DNA from: Octopus vulgaris
Taxonomy: Eukaryota
Length of the DNA: 64,000 nucleotides
Assembly (NCBI GenBank): GCA_951406725.2
Contig: OX597828.1
Coordinates: 58,156,001 to 58,220,000, forward strand
Direction of reading: 5' to 3'
A program made the translations under genes and the position numbers. The notes under the pieces were generated by a model. That model searched no databases, was not told the origin of the DNA, and worked only from the letters and a program-made list of their open reading frames with translations. Of the stretch, positions 1 to 13,705 are shown piece by piece; positions within the stretch are counted from its first letter, which is position 1, and every line of letters starts with the position of its first letter.

Positions 1-808
1 TGGAAACTGAAAGAAGCCCATCGTATATATATATGCATATATTTATGTGTGTGTGTCTGTGTTTGTGTTTGTCTCCCATCACCATTTGATAACCGATGTT
101 GGTATGTTTACGTCCCCATGACTTAGCAGTTCAGCAAAAGAGACAGAAAGAATAAGTACTAAGCTTTATATCAAGTTATTAACACTAGGTTATTAGCATC
201 ACAATCCCTAAACAAAATATTAAGCTTCCCAACCCCATGGTTCCAGGTTCAGTCCCACTGTGTGGCACCTTAGGCAAATATATATATATATATATACATG
301 ACAGGCTTTTTTCAGTTTCCGTCTACCAAATCCACCCACAAGGCTTTGGTTGGCCCGAGGCTATAGTAGAAGAAACTTACCCAAGGTGCCATGCAGTGGG
401 ACTGAACCCAGAACCATGTGGTTGGGAAGCAAGTTTCTTACCACACAGTTATGCCTGCACCTATATAATTGGTTTGGTAGTGTAGGATTATGAGATCTGA
501 GGAAGTGTTTGTGAAACCTGTCTTGACTGGGGTTGGTAAATGAATAAACATAGCTATATATACAAGATGAATAATGAATAATGAGTGTTTATTGAGCGAA
601 AACACCTAAAGCTCCACGAGGCTCCGGCAGGGGGCGGTGGTGATCCCTGCTGTACTCTTTCACCACAACTTTCTCTCCCTCTTTCTTCTGTTGGCCTGCT
701 CGCTTTGCCAGCGGGGTGGCGTCATTTGAAAGCTAAAACAATGCGAAATGTATTGTGACCAGCGATGTGGAGCAACATCTGATAACCTGGTCAGTCACGG
801 TGATCACG

Positions 809-840
<32 letters not shown>

Positions 841-846
<6 letters not shown>

Positions 847-1210
847 TAAATAAATGGAGTTTAACGCAGGTATAAATCAAATAAGTATTTTTTTATCAGC
901 AATTTTATATTTTTTCTGAATTTCTTTTTTTAAGTAATTCCAAATAATAGTCTTTATCAAGTTTGTACAGATTTCCAGTTTTATCAGATTGAACCAAAAT
1001 AGAAAAAATATAAAATTGCTGATAAAAGAATACTTATTTGATTTATACCTGCATTAAACTCCATTTATTTATTCATATATTATACAAAAAATTCCACGTA
1101 AACATGAACTTTCTACCTTTATAAACAAGGAGTTACAACCTCTTTACTTGTGAGATTTTTTGCTAACCTGGTAACTATTTATTTATTTTTTCCGTGTTAA
1201 TTGTTAACAA
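841..1210 (+). mobile_element. Second member of the same fold-back family
   Basis: Inverted arms 841-917 / 1001-1077; 1050-1210 is similar to the reverse complement of 25778-25945. Confidence 0.6.
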
Positions 1211-1958
1211 GGCAAAAATAAACTCATCTATTTATACATATATATATATATATATAACCCCAAAAAAAGCAACAAGAATGGATTAGTAGTTTAGTAGTTT
1301 GTACTAAACTACTAATCCATTCTTGTTGCTTTTTTCTTGGTTATAATCACCCACATTATTTTATGGTTAATACCATAAATGAATTCTAGTGCATCTAAGT
1401 TAAGTACCGCATTCATGTGAATTCATTGGAATTCATTTGAATCTTAATTGTTTTTGCTGAATTTATATATATATATATATATATATACAAAAGACTTCGT
1501 CTTCCTTCTACCAGATTCACTCACAAGGCTTTGGCTGGTCAAGGACTATAGCAGAAGACATTTGCCCAAGGTGCCATGCAGTGAGATTGAACCTGAAATT
1601 ATGTGGTGAAAAGGTAAGGGTTAAGGACAGAAAGATCATCTGGTTATTGAGCACTGCCTCAAAAAGTTACTTCCATACCAACAAGGAAAAGCAGTGGTAA
1701 AAATGATAATGATGGTGTGAATTTAATTATTAATTGCAGCAGGATTCAAACATTTACAGGAAATGTGCCAAATAATATACCTGTGTCGTTTGATTTGTAC
1801 CTTGCCAATTTAGTTCTTATTGTGGGACTTGTTCACCTTGGTCAAGGTTAGTTATAATGTGCAAGAACTTGGTTTGGTAGTGTAGGATTATGAGATCTGA
1901 GGAGGAGTTTGTGAAACCTGTCTTGACTGTGGTTGGTAAATGAATAATGAACATAGCT

Positions 1959-2522
1959 ATTATCATCATCAACATCAACATCATCACCATCCCCACCATC
2001 ATCAACATCATCATCATCATCACCATCATCACCATCATCACCATCATCATCAATCATCATCATCATCACCACACCACCATTGCCGTAATCACTACCATCG
2101 TCAACGCCACTACCGCTGCCATTATCACTACAACCATCAACATCACCATCATCAACACTAACTTCGCCACCATCACCATCATCAACACTAACTTCGCCAC
2201 CATCACCATCACCACCACTATTGACACCATGATCATTGTGCCAACAAGAAAACCCTCTATGTGGTCACTTGATCTGCTAAAGATAGCAGCTATATCTGTG
2301 CATTAACTTGAAAAAGGAAGGACCTGTTGAACAATATTGTTCTGGATATGCAAAACGATGGGGGTGGTCACAACTGGAATTTGTTTGATAACAAACTTGT
2401 TTAATCAGACCTGAATTGGGATTAAACATCAGCAACTATCATAATCATCATCATTGCCATTTTTGTCATCATCATCATCATCATCCTGATCATCGTCGTC
2501 GTCGTCGTCGTCATCGTCATCG

Positions 2523-2560
<38 letters not shown>

Positions 2561-2620
2561 GTTGTCATCATCATCACCAGCATCATCACCATCAGTGCAA
2601 CAGCGACTACAACCACCACC
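1959..2620. repeat. (CAT/CAC/CGT)n trinucleotide microsatellite clusters
   Basis: Direct inspection; source of spurious poly-H/poly-D/poly-M ORFs. Confidence 0.9.
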
Positions 2621-4023
2621 ACAAGCCTCAAAGTGGTTGCCTGACATGCTAAAAACAGCAGGTAGGGCTTCGTTAAATAATGCTCTGACATCTTAGAAAT
2701 GAATTTGTTTGATTAATGCAGTTCTTAATTGCCTGCAAATGGGAAAAAGACAGGATGGTCACAGCTGGAATGCCTTTAATCATAAGTCTTCTCCATGAGG
2801 TTTGACAAAAGGTTAACCGCAGCCATTACCACCACGACCATCTCTCAAGTCATTCAAGGCCTTATGAGAGTAGGTCAATTAAGAGGAACTTCTATAGAGT
2901 CATTCCAACTGCTAGAAATAACAGCCAAGTCATCCTCAAATCTCATCCTATTGTCATAAAAAAAAGGACACATTAAATAATAGAGACTTGGGTTTCCTAC
3001 ATACACAAGGAAAATACAGAATGGTCACGACTGGAAAGCCTCTAAACTAGGTTTACTCGATAAGGGTTTCCTTGGAACAAAAGAACAACGAAGGAGGAGG
3101 AGGAGGAGATGAAGAAGAAGAAGAATTTCCACTCTAGGCACTAGGCCTGAAATTTTGGGAGGGGGACTAGTCAACCGCAGTTCTCAACTGGTACTTAATT
3201 TATCGATCCTGAAAGAATGAAACATAAAGTTGACCTCAGCAGCATTTGAACTCAGAACATAAAGACAGACGAAATACTATTAAACATTATGTCTAGCACG
3301 CTGGCTGCTCACCTCCTTAATAATAATGATGATGATGATGATGATGATGATAATAATAATACAGCCACCTGCCACTATACTACAACTACTATCACCACAC
3401 CTCTAAACTCCAACTGAGTTCGTGTTCCAAGTTGTCTCTAATTATCTTGGATTAAATAAACATATTATGACAGCAATCTGGGAAGATGTAAAAAAAAAAT
3501 CCTTAAAGTAAATATTATTTTCTTCTTTTCTGTCTGTGAATCAATTAAGTTGTGGACCCCCAACTGGCACAAATTTATTACTTAAACAGCTGATGTCAGA
3601 TTTTATAGTAATGGGGGAAAGCGAGGTTAAGAGTAATAGTGACATAGTTTAAGACAATTCATTCAAAGCAGTGGTAGGCATGGGTATGTGGTTAAGGAGT
3701 TGATTTTGCACTTTACATGGTCACAGGTTCAATTTCATAGCTGGTCGCTTACAATGGCTTCTGTTATAGTCTCCGGCTGACATCATTTACAGCAGTGGAT
3801 AGATATTTTGTTATTCTTTTACTTGTTGCAGTCATTTGATTGTGGCCATGCTGGAGCACCACCTTAATGGGGTTTTTTTAGCTGAAAAAATCAACCGCAG
3901 GGCTTATTCTTTGTAAGCCTAGTACTTATTCTATCGGTCTCTTTGACCAAACTGCTAAGTTACAGACATAAAGACACCAAGTGATGGTGAAGGTACCAAC
4001 TCAGACACAAACACAGACACACA

Positions 4024-4077
<54 letters not shown>

Positions 4078-4085
4078 TATATATA

Positions 4086-4856
4086 CAGGGGTTGGACAAA
4101 ATAATGGAATCCCCTTAAAATTTCAAACAAATTTATTTTAATATGAAGTAATTACAGCTTGAATTCTATGAGGTGTGGACTCATACAAAGTTTGAATTGT
4201 TTCCAAAGGAATTTTTGTCCATTCTTCAGCTGAAACTGTCTCCAGTTCTTGTATAAATGATGGTGGAGGATATCAACTCCTTACTTGTTTTTCTAAAATG
4301 CACTGTAAATGTTCAATAGAGATGTGGGGACTGTGGCAGCCAGATAAGATGCTCAACTTCACTAGAATGTTCCTCGTGCCATTCAGTAACAACTTTAGAT
4401 GTGTGAATTGGTGCATTATCATCATGAAAGAATGTGATTCCCTCCGGAAACAGTTCCACAACCATAGGATGAATTTGATCAGATAAAATGCTTAAATAGT
4501 CTTGACTATTAATTCTGCCACAAAAGGAAACCGTTGGGTCGGCAGATTTCCAAGATATACCCCACCCAGATCATCACAGATCTTCCTCCATGTTTAACAA
4601 TTGGAAGAAGGTAGTCTGGGTCAAATGCTTCTTTTGGTTGTCTCCACATGTATACTCAGCCGGTGGTTGGAAATAAGGTTGGAAAAACAACTTTAACAAG
4701 TTATAGCATGAGATATTCTTCAATGAATATACTTATTCCATAGAATATGAAGAAAAATATTCTAAATAAGCGTTATTGTTCAACAATATTCAAACTGTTA
4801 CTAATGTACACCATGAAAGTCAATCTGAACATTATTTGCACAATTTGTGATGGCAT
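4086..4856 (-). mobile_element. Tc1-like transposon remnant
   Basis: TA-CAGGGGTTGGACAAAATAATGG TIR start; decayed transposase-like sequence on the minus strand; other end interrupted by a SINE. Confidence 0.65.
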
Positions 4857-5378
4857 TCTTTTATTCTTTTATTTGTTTCAGTCATTTGACTGTGGCCATG
4901 CTGGAGCACCACCTTTAGTCGAACAAATCGGCCCCAGGACTTTGTAAGCCTAGTACTTATTCTATTGATCTTTTTTTCCAAACTGCTAAGTTACAGGAAC
5001 GTAAACACACCAACATCGGTTGTCAAGCGATGGTGGGGTGACAAACACAGACAGACAAACACACACATATATATTTATATATACAATGGGTTTCTTTCAG
5101 TTTCCATCTACCAAATCCACTCACAAGGCTTTGGTTGGCCTGAGGCTGTAGTAGAAGACACTTGCCCAAGGTGCCATGCAGTGAGACTGAACCCTGAACC
5201 ATGTGATTGGTAAACAAGCTACTTACCACACAGCCACTCCTGCACCTGTGCAGGATTTAGACATATTTTTATCCAGCAACTTCTTGACAGGTTTGAACTA
5301 GTAACAGATAAAAGATAAGACATACAACAAAGATATGAAGAGTAAATAAGTTACAATTTTGGTTTAAAATATCCTTAC

Positions 5379-5449
5379 CATGGAAGGACAATTTGACTGG
5401 ACTTTACTTGGGATCTCTCTGTTACCACGGAATCTGGTGTGTCGAAACG
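5379..5449 (-). CDS. CCDC81: CCDC81 coding exon 5 (RFDTPDSVVTERSQVKSSQIVLP)
   Basis: Polypyrimidine+cag acceptor, gtaag donor, phase 0 start; resembles the RPGTVDSV segment. Confidence 0.8.
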
Positions 5450-8400
5450 CTGAAGGAAAGAAAAAAAATCAAAATCAATCTAGCATCGTGATTTAGCAGG
5501 TATTAGTTACATCAAGCTTTAGAAGTATATGCAATACTAGAGAATATTAATGTTACATCTGTCAGGCATGCAGTGACCGACAACAGATTGTTATAGTCTC
5601 AAGTCTACTGTGTATCGGATAATATATGCCTAGGATGCAAATGGAAATGGAAGGGGCCCGTGGTCGTTTGTGTGGTGATGGCATTTTATTGGTTAATTTT
5701 CAATCATCATCAACCAATGGGTGATAGTTTGGCATGCAGCGGTCTTCAAGAATTTTGTCTTACTCATTTTCACCTTCTCTTCATTGCATGGTTTGTCATT
5801 TTAGATATTGCTAATGATTTTCTAAAAATTAATATTATTAATATTGTTGTATTTAGGAATGGTCATTTTGCCAGTTTAGCCAATAAAAACACACGCACTA
5901 TATATTTGGTGTTACTTTGCTTCAGCGTTATTTATTTCTTACATTAATCTTAATCTTATTTCAGCCACAGTTCTTTCATCACACTCCTGTGACCTCATCA
6001 GTGGTCCTTTGCTTTCTTCTTTCTTATGTGTGTGTCTCTCCTTACTAACGGTCAGCCATTTTGTATTCCTATTGTATGTGTCTTCATATATATATTTTAT
6101 TTATATATTCATATATATTTTAAAATATATTTCTTTATAGTACAGCTTATGATATACTTACTGCCATTCAGTATCTCTCCATATGATAATAAACAAATAC
6201 GACAATTATCATCGAGTTTATCGTACATTTTTTGATATAGTGACAGTCACGCAATTTCAGTTGATCGGTGTTTGGGTGTCAGTTTATTAGAGGCTGCCAC
6301 ACCATTAGGAGAATATGGGGTACTTTTTGGTTATCTCACCCCCATTAAAAAAATTGGGTTATCTCCCTCAACTACAAAAATTGTTTAATCCTCAATAAAA
6401 CAAAAAAAATGAAAAGTGAAAAGATGAAACATTTTGTTGAGTCTGATAACATTTTTATAACAAATCATAGAAAACTGAAAAGATTAAACATCTTACTGAA
6501 ACTCTCTCTTTACTCTTTACTCTTTTACTTGTTTCAGTCATTTGACTGTGGCCATGCTGGAGCACCGCCTTTAGTCACACAAATTGACCCCAGAACTTAT
6601 TCTTTGGAAGCCTAGTACTTATTCTATCGGTCTCTTTTGCCGAACCGCTAAGTTACGGGGATGTAAACACACCAGCATTAGTTGTCAAGCAATGTTGGGG
6701 GGACAAACATAGACACACAAACATATACATACATACATACATATAGATAATTAACATTTTTATAACAAATCATACCCTGCCTATTGAGGAGGCAAAATGT
6801 CAACAATGTGTTGAAGTATTGAATCAAAAGGATCTAACCCTTTTATTTAACCCTTTTAATCCAATCTCTTGTCGCCACATAAACTCAATTTTTTAGTGGG
6901 GAGATAACCCAGTTTTTAATGGCAATTTTTTAATGGGGGTGAGATATAACCAAAAGGTACCTATCTATGTATCTATCTATCTATATTTCTATTTATGTCT
7001 GTATGTCTGCATGTATGTGTACTGATAACACGCACACAAATATATTGGGTCATCTCATAAATAATGCAGTTTTTTCAATTGTATGAACTAAAAGTCTGAG
7101 GGGGATGGGATAAACTACCTGCATCAACTTGCTATAAAAGCAGGTAGTAATTTTACCTGTTGGAACAAAATCCCATTGTAACTGTTGAGAAACTAGCAGA
7201 GAAGCTTGGATTTGGTCATTCAACCATTCCTCAACATCTTCGTGCCATCGGAAAAGTCAGCAAATTGGGTCAATGGGTTCCTCGCAAATTTTCTGAGTCT
7301 AATCACTCGCAGAGAGTGAATATGTGCTCTTTGCTGTCACATCTCACAAATGAACCTTTTTTGGACCAAATAGTGACAGTAATTAGAAATAGGTTCTCTA
7401 TAAAAATGCCAAGCACTGAAAACAGTGGGTAGGGAGAGGAGAAACACTGGCACCCCAGGCTAAAGAAGGTCTTTACCAACATAAAGTGTTGTTATCTGCT
7501 TGGTGGGGTATGAAAGGTTTAGTCCACTTTGAACTTTTAAACCTAAACCAAATGACAACAAAGGAGATCTACCATGAGCAGCTTGAGTGGTTTAAGTCAG
7601 CGCTAGAAGTAAAATGACCATCTTTAGTTTCAAGACGAAAAGTGTTCTTCCATCTGGATGATGCTCAGCCACACACAGCGAAGATTTGAGCAGTTTGAAT
7701 GGGAAACGATGCCCCACCCACCATATTCAACAGACATTGCCCCATCTGATTATCATTTATTCCACATTCTTCAAAATTGTTTGGACGGAAAAAATATGAA
7801 TTCTGTAGACAAGGTCAGAACAGTACTGGAGGAGTATTTTTCATCACAGACAAGTGAATTTTGTAAGAGGGCCCCTGCAAGTCTACCAGACAGATAGAAG
7901 AACATTGTAGAAAATGAAGGAGAGAATATTTTAGATTTAAAAAGAACTTTGTTTATCTTAATTTTGAAAAATAAAAGAAGTATTAAAAAACCACATTATT
8001 TTTGGGATGACCCAGTATATGCACATATACACACCCATCACTCACACACACACATACATACACGTGTGCACACATACACCCACGTGTGCACACACACACA
8101 CACACACATATACATATATGTATATCATGCTGTATGTGTAAGTGTGTGAATGTGTGTGCATGTATTAACTTACCTGTTGCATTGCCTGAACAAGTGAACC
8201 AGATTTATCAAAGAGTTCAATGAATTGTTTGTAGAATTTCATTTTACACTTCTTTCTTCTCACAGACAAACGACCAATTTTGTTGAAAATAAGATCGACA
8301 TTTTTCTCATTATTTATTGCTCGATAAAATGCAGACAGTAATTCTTTAACACAATTTTCAGCAACATCTCTGGAGAAATTAGTCTCAAATGCAATAGTGG

Positions 8401-8679
8401 CATAATTCATGTTCACAATATGTATGTTACCTACAACAGAACAGTTGAAGAAAATCAGGTTTTGGAAAGAGGGAATAAATCTAGTGCAATAATAACAAGT
8501 AGGAAGAAGTAAGATCTTGGATTTTGACTGAAGATATGCCAAATCAATTACACCATTTACATTATTTACATTTGACGGATATGTGTGTTCTTGTTTGTTA
8601 ACCCAACATTTCAGCCGTCATCAGGTGTCTTGGGGAAATTTCGAACCTGGGTTCTCATTCCTAAGGTATTTTTCAATTG

Positions 8680-8717
<38 letters not shown>

Positions 8718-8769
8718 ACATCGAAAAATACCTTAGGAATGAGAACCCAAGTTCGAAATTTCCCCAAGA

Positions 8770-8831
<62 letters not shown>

Positions 8832-11800
8832 CGTGTGTGTGTGTGTGTGCTTGTGTGTATGTGTGAGAAAGAGAAAGAGAGTGAAAAAGAGAGATAGGGT
8901 GAGTGAGTGAAGGTGTGTGTCATGATGATTGATGTCTTTTAAAGTACACACATATATAAAAAATGTGATGTCACCGTATGACATGTTTACGATAGTTGAT
9001 TTATGGGAAAGATTATAATGTTAAATTTTTGAAATGCAAACATGTGAATGGAAATTAAGTTTAATTTGTAGCCAAAATAGTACTGAATATTTTGATACCC
9101 CATACGTCAAAATCTGGAACTCGGTTTTGGAATGCATAAGGAATATACATATATAAGACAGGTGTCTTTCAAACTGAAAGTATTATCTCACATTGCAATA
9201 GAGACGTAATACTGAAATAGTGTAAGAGATAAGAGATTGCTCTGGGCTCGCATTAGGCAAGAAGTTGGAAATTTTTTTTGGCCCATGACACTGCATGGAC
9301 CTTGCCTTTTGTATTTGACAACTATTACTTTAAGTATTTTATTTCGATTTTATGTATATATGTATGTATGAGCCAATGAGGGAAACCTCTACATGGTAGC
9401 TAGACCTGGTAGAAATAGTGGCCAAGTCTCCCTCAAAACACCCTACTGTCTTAATCTGACAACTCTGCCTATTATGTAGTTTGAATGAGAAGCTGTAACT
9501 AAAGATTAAGATTATTAACCCCAAAATTTTACACGTTTTAATAGCAATCAATTTTTTTCTCTTTTTTGCATAGCTTTTCCTGTCAGCTGTAAAAGTGAAG
9601 AGGGTTAACTTGGACAGTGTTAAGTAGTGGAGATGTTTGGTGATTCTATGTGGTGGTTACTTTTGACTGTTTCTTCTCAATATGGATAATTAATTGATAA
9701 CAAATCTTAACACAATATATATACAACTTCAAGTGGAATTGGACGTCATAAGAGAGACAGCATAGCGACGGTTTTGGCTGACTGTCATCCTGTACTCCCC
9801 TTGTTGCTAATGAAATGGTATATGCTGGTTGTCTGAGCAACTGGTTGATTTTAATGGCGGAACAAACAGGATAAAAAGATTACAAAAATAGCAATTCTCA
9901 CCTTGAAATTAACTATTTTGAAAATCTTTTTAGGTTACGGAATGCCCCACTCTGTCATGTATCTATGTTTAAAATTCCAACACGATTGGCTTAACAATAC
10001 TCGAGTTATAAGTGCACAAACAGACAGACAGATAGAATGGATTTTATATATTAAGATAAAGAAAGTAGTAGATCTGCTAACGTTTTTGATAGCAACCCAC
10101 TTGAGATTGCACCTAGTTATATAATAGAAACATTTTGTTTTAAAGCGATTGACAAGAGGGTGGGGCTGAAAAGTTCCTGGCTTTGGGTAAAAGAAAATAC
10201 AGGTGGATTAGTTAATTACGATTTTAATTAGCAGATTCCCTCTCAGATTCAAATACTTATTGCAGGGGTTCTTCAGTTTTTCAGTTCCCATAAATTAAAA
10301 CCTTCTATCTAAATTTCATGTTACTTTGTGTTTCAAACACCACCTTTAATAATGGCAAAGTTACTTTGATATATTTTTCATTATTTTTCAAATTAACTCG
10401 CATAAAAGCAGCATATTTCAACAGAAATATGATAAAGGCAGCAAGTTGGCAGAAACGTTAGCACGCTGGGTGAAATGCTTTCGTCTGCTGCTATGTTCTG
10501 AGTTCAAATTCCGCCGAGGTCGACTTTGCCTTTCATCCTTTCAGGGTCTATTAAACAAGTACCAGTTACGCACTGGGGTCGATGTAATCGATTTAATCCT
10601 TTTGTCTGTCCGTGTTTGTCCCCTCTGTGTTTAGCCCCTTGTGGATAGTAAAGAAATAGGTATTTCGTCAGCTGCTACGTTCTGAGTTCAAATTCTGCCG
10701 AGGTCGACTTTGCCTTTCATCCTTTCAGAGTCTATTGAATAAGTACCGGTTACACACTGAGGTCGATGTAATTGACTTAATCCCTTCGTCTGTCCTTGTT
10801 TGTCCCCTCTATGTTTAGCCCCACCATTACTGCAGGACAAATATTCTCTTTTTCTCAATGGCTAATAACATTTTAATTATTTCTGTAAGTATGGGAGACA
10901 ACTATAGACATTTTTCGGTCTTATAGACCTTGTTAGCAATACAAAGATTTCACCATACTTGCTAGTTAAACATCTATGCTCTCTTATCTAAAGCACTATT
11001 TGTTATGTAAGCAATGGATTTGTTGAAAAAAATGAAATCCTGTATTCTTACTTCAGTAGAAATACTTACCTGGAGTGAAGGGTTTGGTACAAGTCAAACC
11101 TAGGGAGGAAATTAGACGCTCTGAAAAGACAAACACAGGACGACTGAGGGACGTTTGCTTGTTGCCTGTATCTATTTTCTGCTGAGAGAAGCTGAATGTA
11201 CCAAGCCCGCTGATATGTACACCCTTAATAAATAAGAAGAGAATAACAGATGAAACAGACTTAGATAAAAAGAAAAATAGCAGATGAGGCAAACTTAAGT
11301 TGAATATTTTCAAATAACTGACCGTTTGAAATATGTTAGGATTTGAACTCAGAACAAAGGGATATGAAAAATTTGATATGACAAACAGCAGCCAACATAC
11401 TCTGTAGGGTGGATGGCATTAGGAAGAACATCCAGTTATAGACATGATTCCAAAGCAGACATTGGAGCTTGGTATAGTCCCCTGGTCCTTTGACTTGCCA
11501 GCTCCTGCCAAAGTATACCCAGCATGGAAAAATGGATGTTCAATGTTTTTGATGAGAGTGGTGGTGGTGGTGGTGGTGTTTTTGGTAGTGGTGGTTTTGG
11601 TGGTGGTGGTGGTGGTGGTGGTGGTGGTGGTGGTGGTGGTGGTGGTTTTGGTGGTGGTGGTGGTGGTGGTGAAGATGACTCTGCTTAAAAATGTCTTCCA
11701 TTCTTCCACCTTCATTACATTGATTAATAAAAGAAAGACTTCATTTCCAACAAAATATCCTCGTGTATCTCCCTCTCTCTGAATGAATGTAAATTAATGT

Positions 11801-12963
11801 AATGGGAATCAAATTTGATCGTTGATAATATTCCGTTAAGTGACGGGGACGTAAACACAGCAGCACCGGTTGTCAAACAATGTTGGGGATACACATATAT
11901 AAGACGGGCTTCTTTCAGTTTCCGTCTACCAAATCCACTCACAAGGCTTTGGTTGGCCCAAGGCTATAGTAGAAGACACTTGCCCAAGGTGCCACGCAGT
12001 GGGACTGAACAAAAGAGAATGACTCTCCCCAGACACAACAGAAATGTTTCAACACATGAACTCATATAAAGAATCTTGCAAACCAAATCCAAAAACGAAA
12101 TATATATATATATATATACGATGGGCTTCTTTCAGTTTCCGTCTACCAAATCCACTCACAAAGCTTCGGTCAGCCCAAGGCTATAGCAGAAGACACTTGC
12201 TCAAGCTGCCAGGCAGTGGGACATATAAAATTTAATCATTACTAATTGTGAATGCAGGTGCTAAAAGCACAGTTATTACTAGAAATCCAATTTTTGCTTG
12301 AAAAATAGTTTGCATATCAACTACCAGAAGTATTTGATTCTTGCTCTATAAATAGACATTTAATGAAATATGTAAAAAAATTATGATAATCTGAAGAATT
12401 GTCTTTGGCAAAAAGTGTCTGAGGCAGGAGTGGGTCTCTGCTTCTCACAGCATAAGGAGAGATATTTTTTTTTAATCTGTGGGGTAAAACCACTTTCTGC
12501 AGCAGTTAATGGTAATAAAATTTTGAGTGGATATATCCGTTTCCGGCAGTCAATGGGTTAAGAAGAAATATTAATGAAATATGAAATGTGTCTAGTTTAC
12601 TATTTAATCCACATCAGAAATATCGGAGAGATGGTTTCGGGTCAGATAAATCATATAAAAACCAGAAAGAGGGAAATGAAATGAAATAAATAACCAAAAT
12701 AATACAATTACTTACTTTGTGAAGAGACATTTGTTTCTCAATGAAATCTGATACACATTCCCAAATCAAATGGACATCTGAAAAATAGATTTTTTTTTCT
12801 TCTTGTTATATTTGTATGTACACATATTGCACACATATATATATATGGGGGTAAATGTGTATGAGTGAGTGTGTGTGGGATGCTTTAAGAGATTGGCTTG
12901 CAGCAAGCGATGCTATTCTCATCACCTTGTTTGTCATCATCAGCAGTATCATCATCATCATCA

Positions 12964-13003
<40 letters not shown>

Positions 13004-13230
13004 AATTATTATTAATATTATTATTATTAAGCTGGCAGAATTGTTAGTACACTGGACAAAATGCTTAGCAGTATTTTGCCCATCTTTACGTTCTGAGTTT
13101 AAATTCCACCAAGATCGACCTTGCCATTTCCTCCTTTCAGGGTCAATGAAATAAGTACCAGTTATGCACTGGGGTCAATTTCAGAAACTTCTCCCAAAGT
13201 TTTAGGCCTTGTGCCTATAGTAGAAAGGAA

Positions 13231-13275
<45 letters not shown>

Positions 13276-13662
13276 GATGGAAAGCTGGCAGACTTTGCCT
13301 TTCATTCTTTCAGGGTTCATGAAATAAGTACCAGTTGATTACTGGGGTCAATATAATCGACTTGCTCCCTCCCCCAAAAATGCTGGCCTTGAGCCAAAAT
13401 TTGAAATCATTATTATTGTTGTTGTTGTTATTATTATTATTATTATTATATAAAAGCAGTGAGCTGGCAGAATCGTTAGCATGTTGGATGAAATGCTTAG
13501 TAGTATTTCGCCCATCGCTACATTCTGAGTTCAAATTCTGTTGAGGTCAGCTTTGCCTTTCATCCTTTCAGGATCGATAAATTAAGTGCCAGTGATACAC
13601 TGGGGTTGATGTAATCAACTAGCCCCCTCCCCCCAACTTTCAGACCTTGTGCCTATAGTAGA

Positions 13663-13705
<43 letters not shown>

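Noticed and set aside
955-995. Possible hammerhead in the spacer of the first fold-back
   Set aside because: Core (CTGATAA) and GAAA are both degenerate and the stems are poor; not supportable.
1817-2691. Poly-His/Asp/Met/Ile ORFs
   Set aside because: Translations of (CAT)n-type microsatellites; open in several frames with no splice or homology support.
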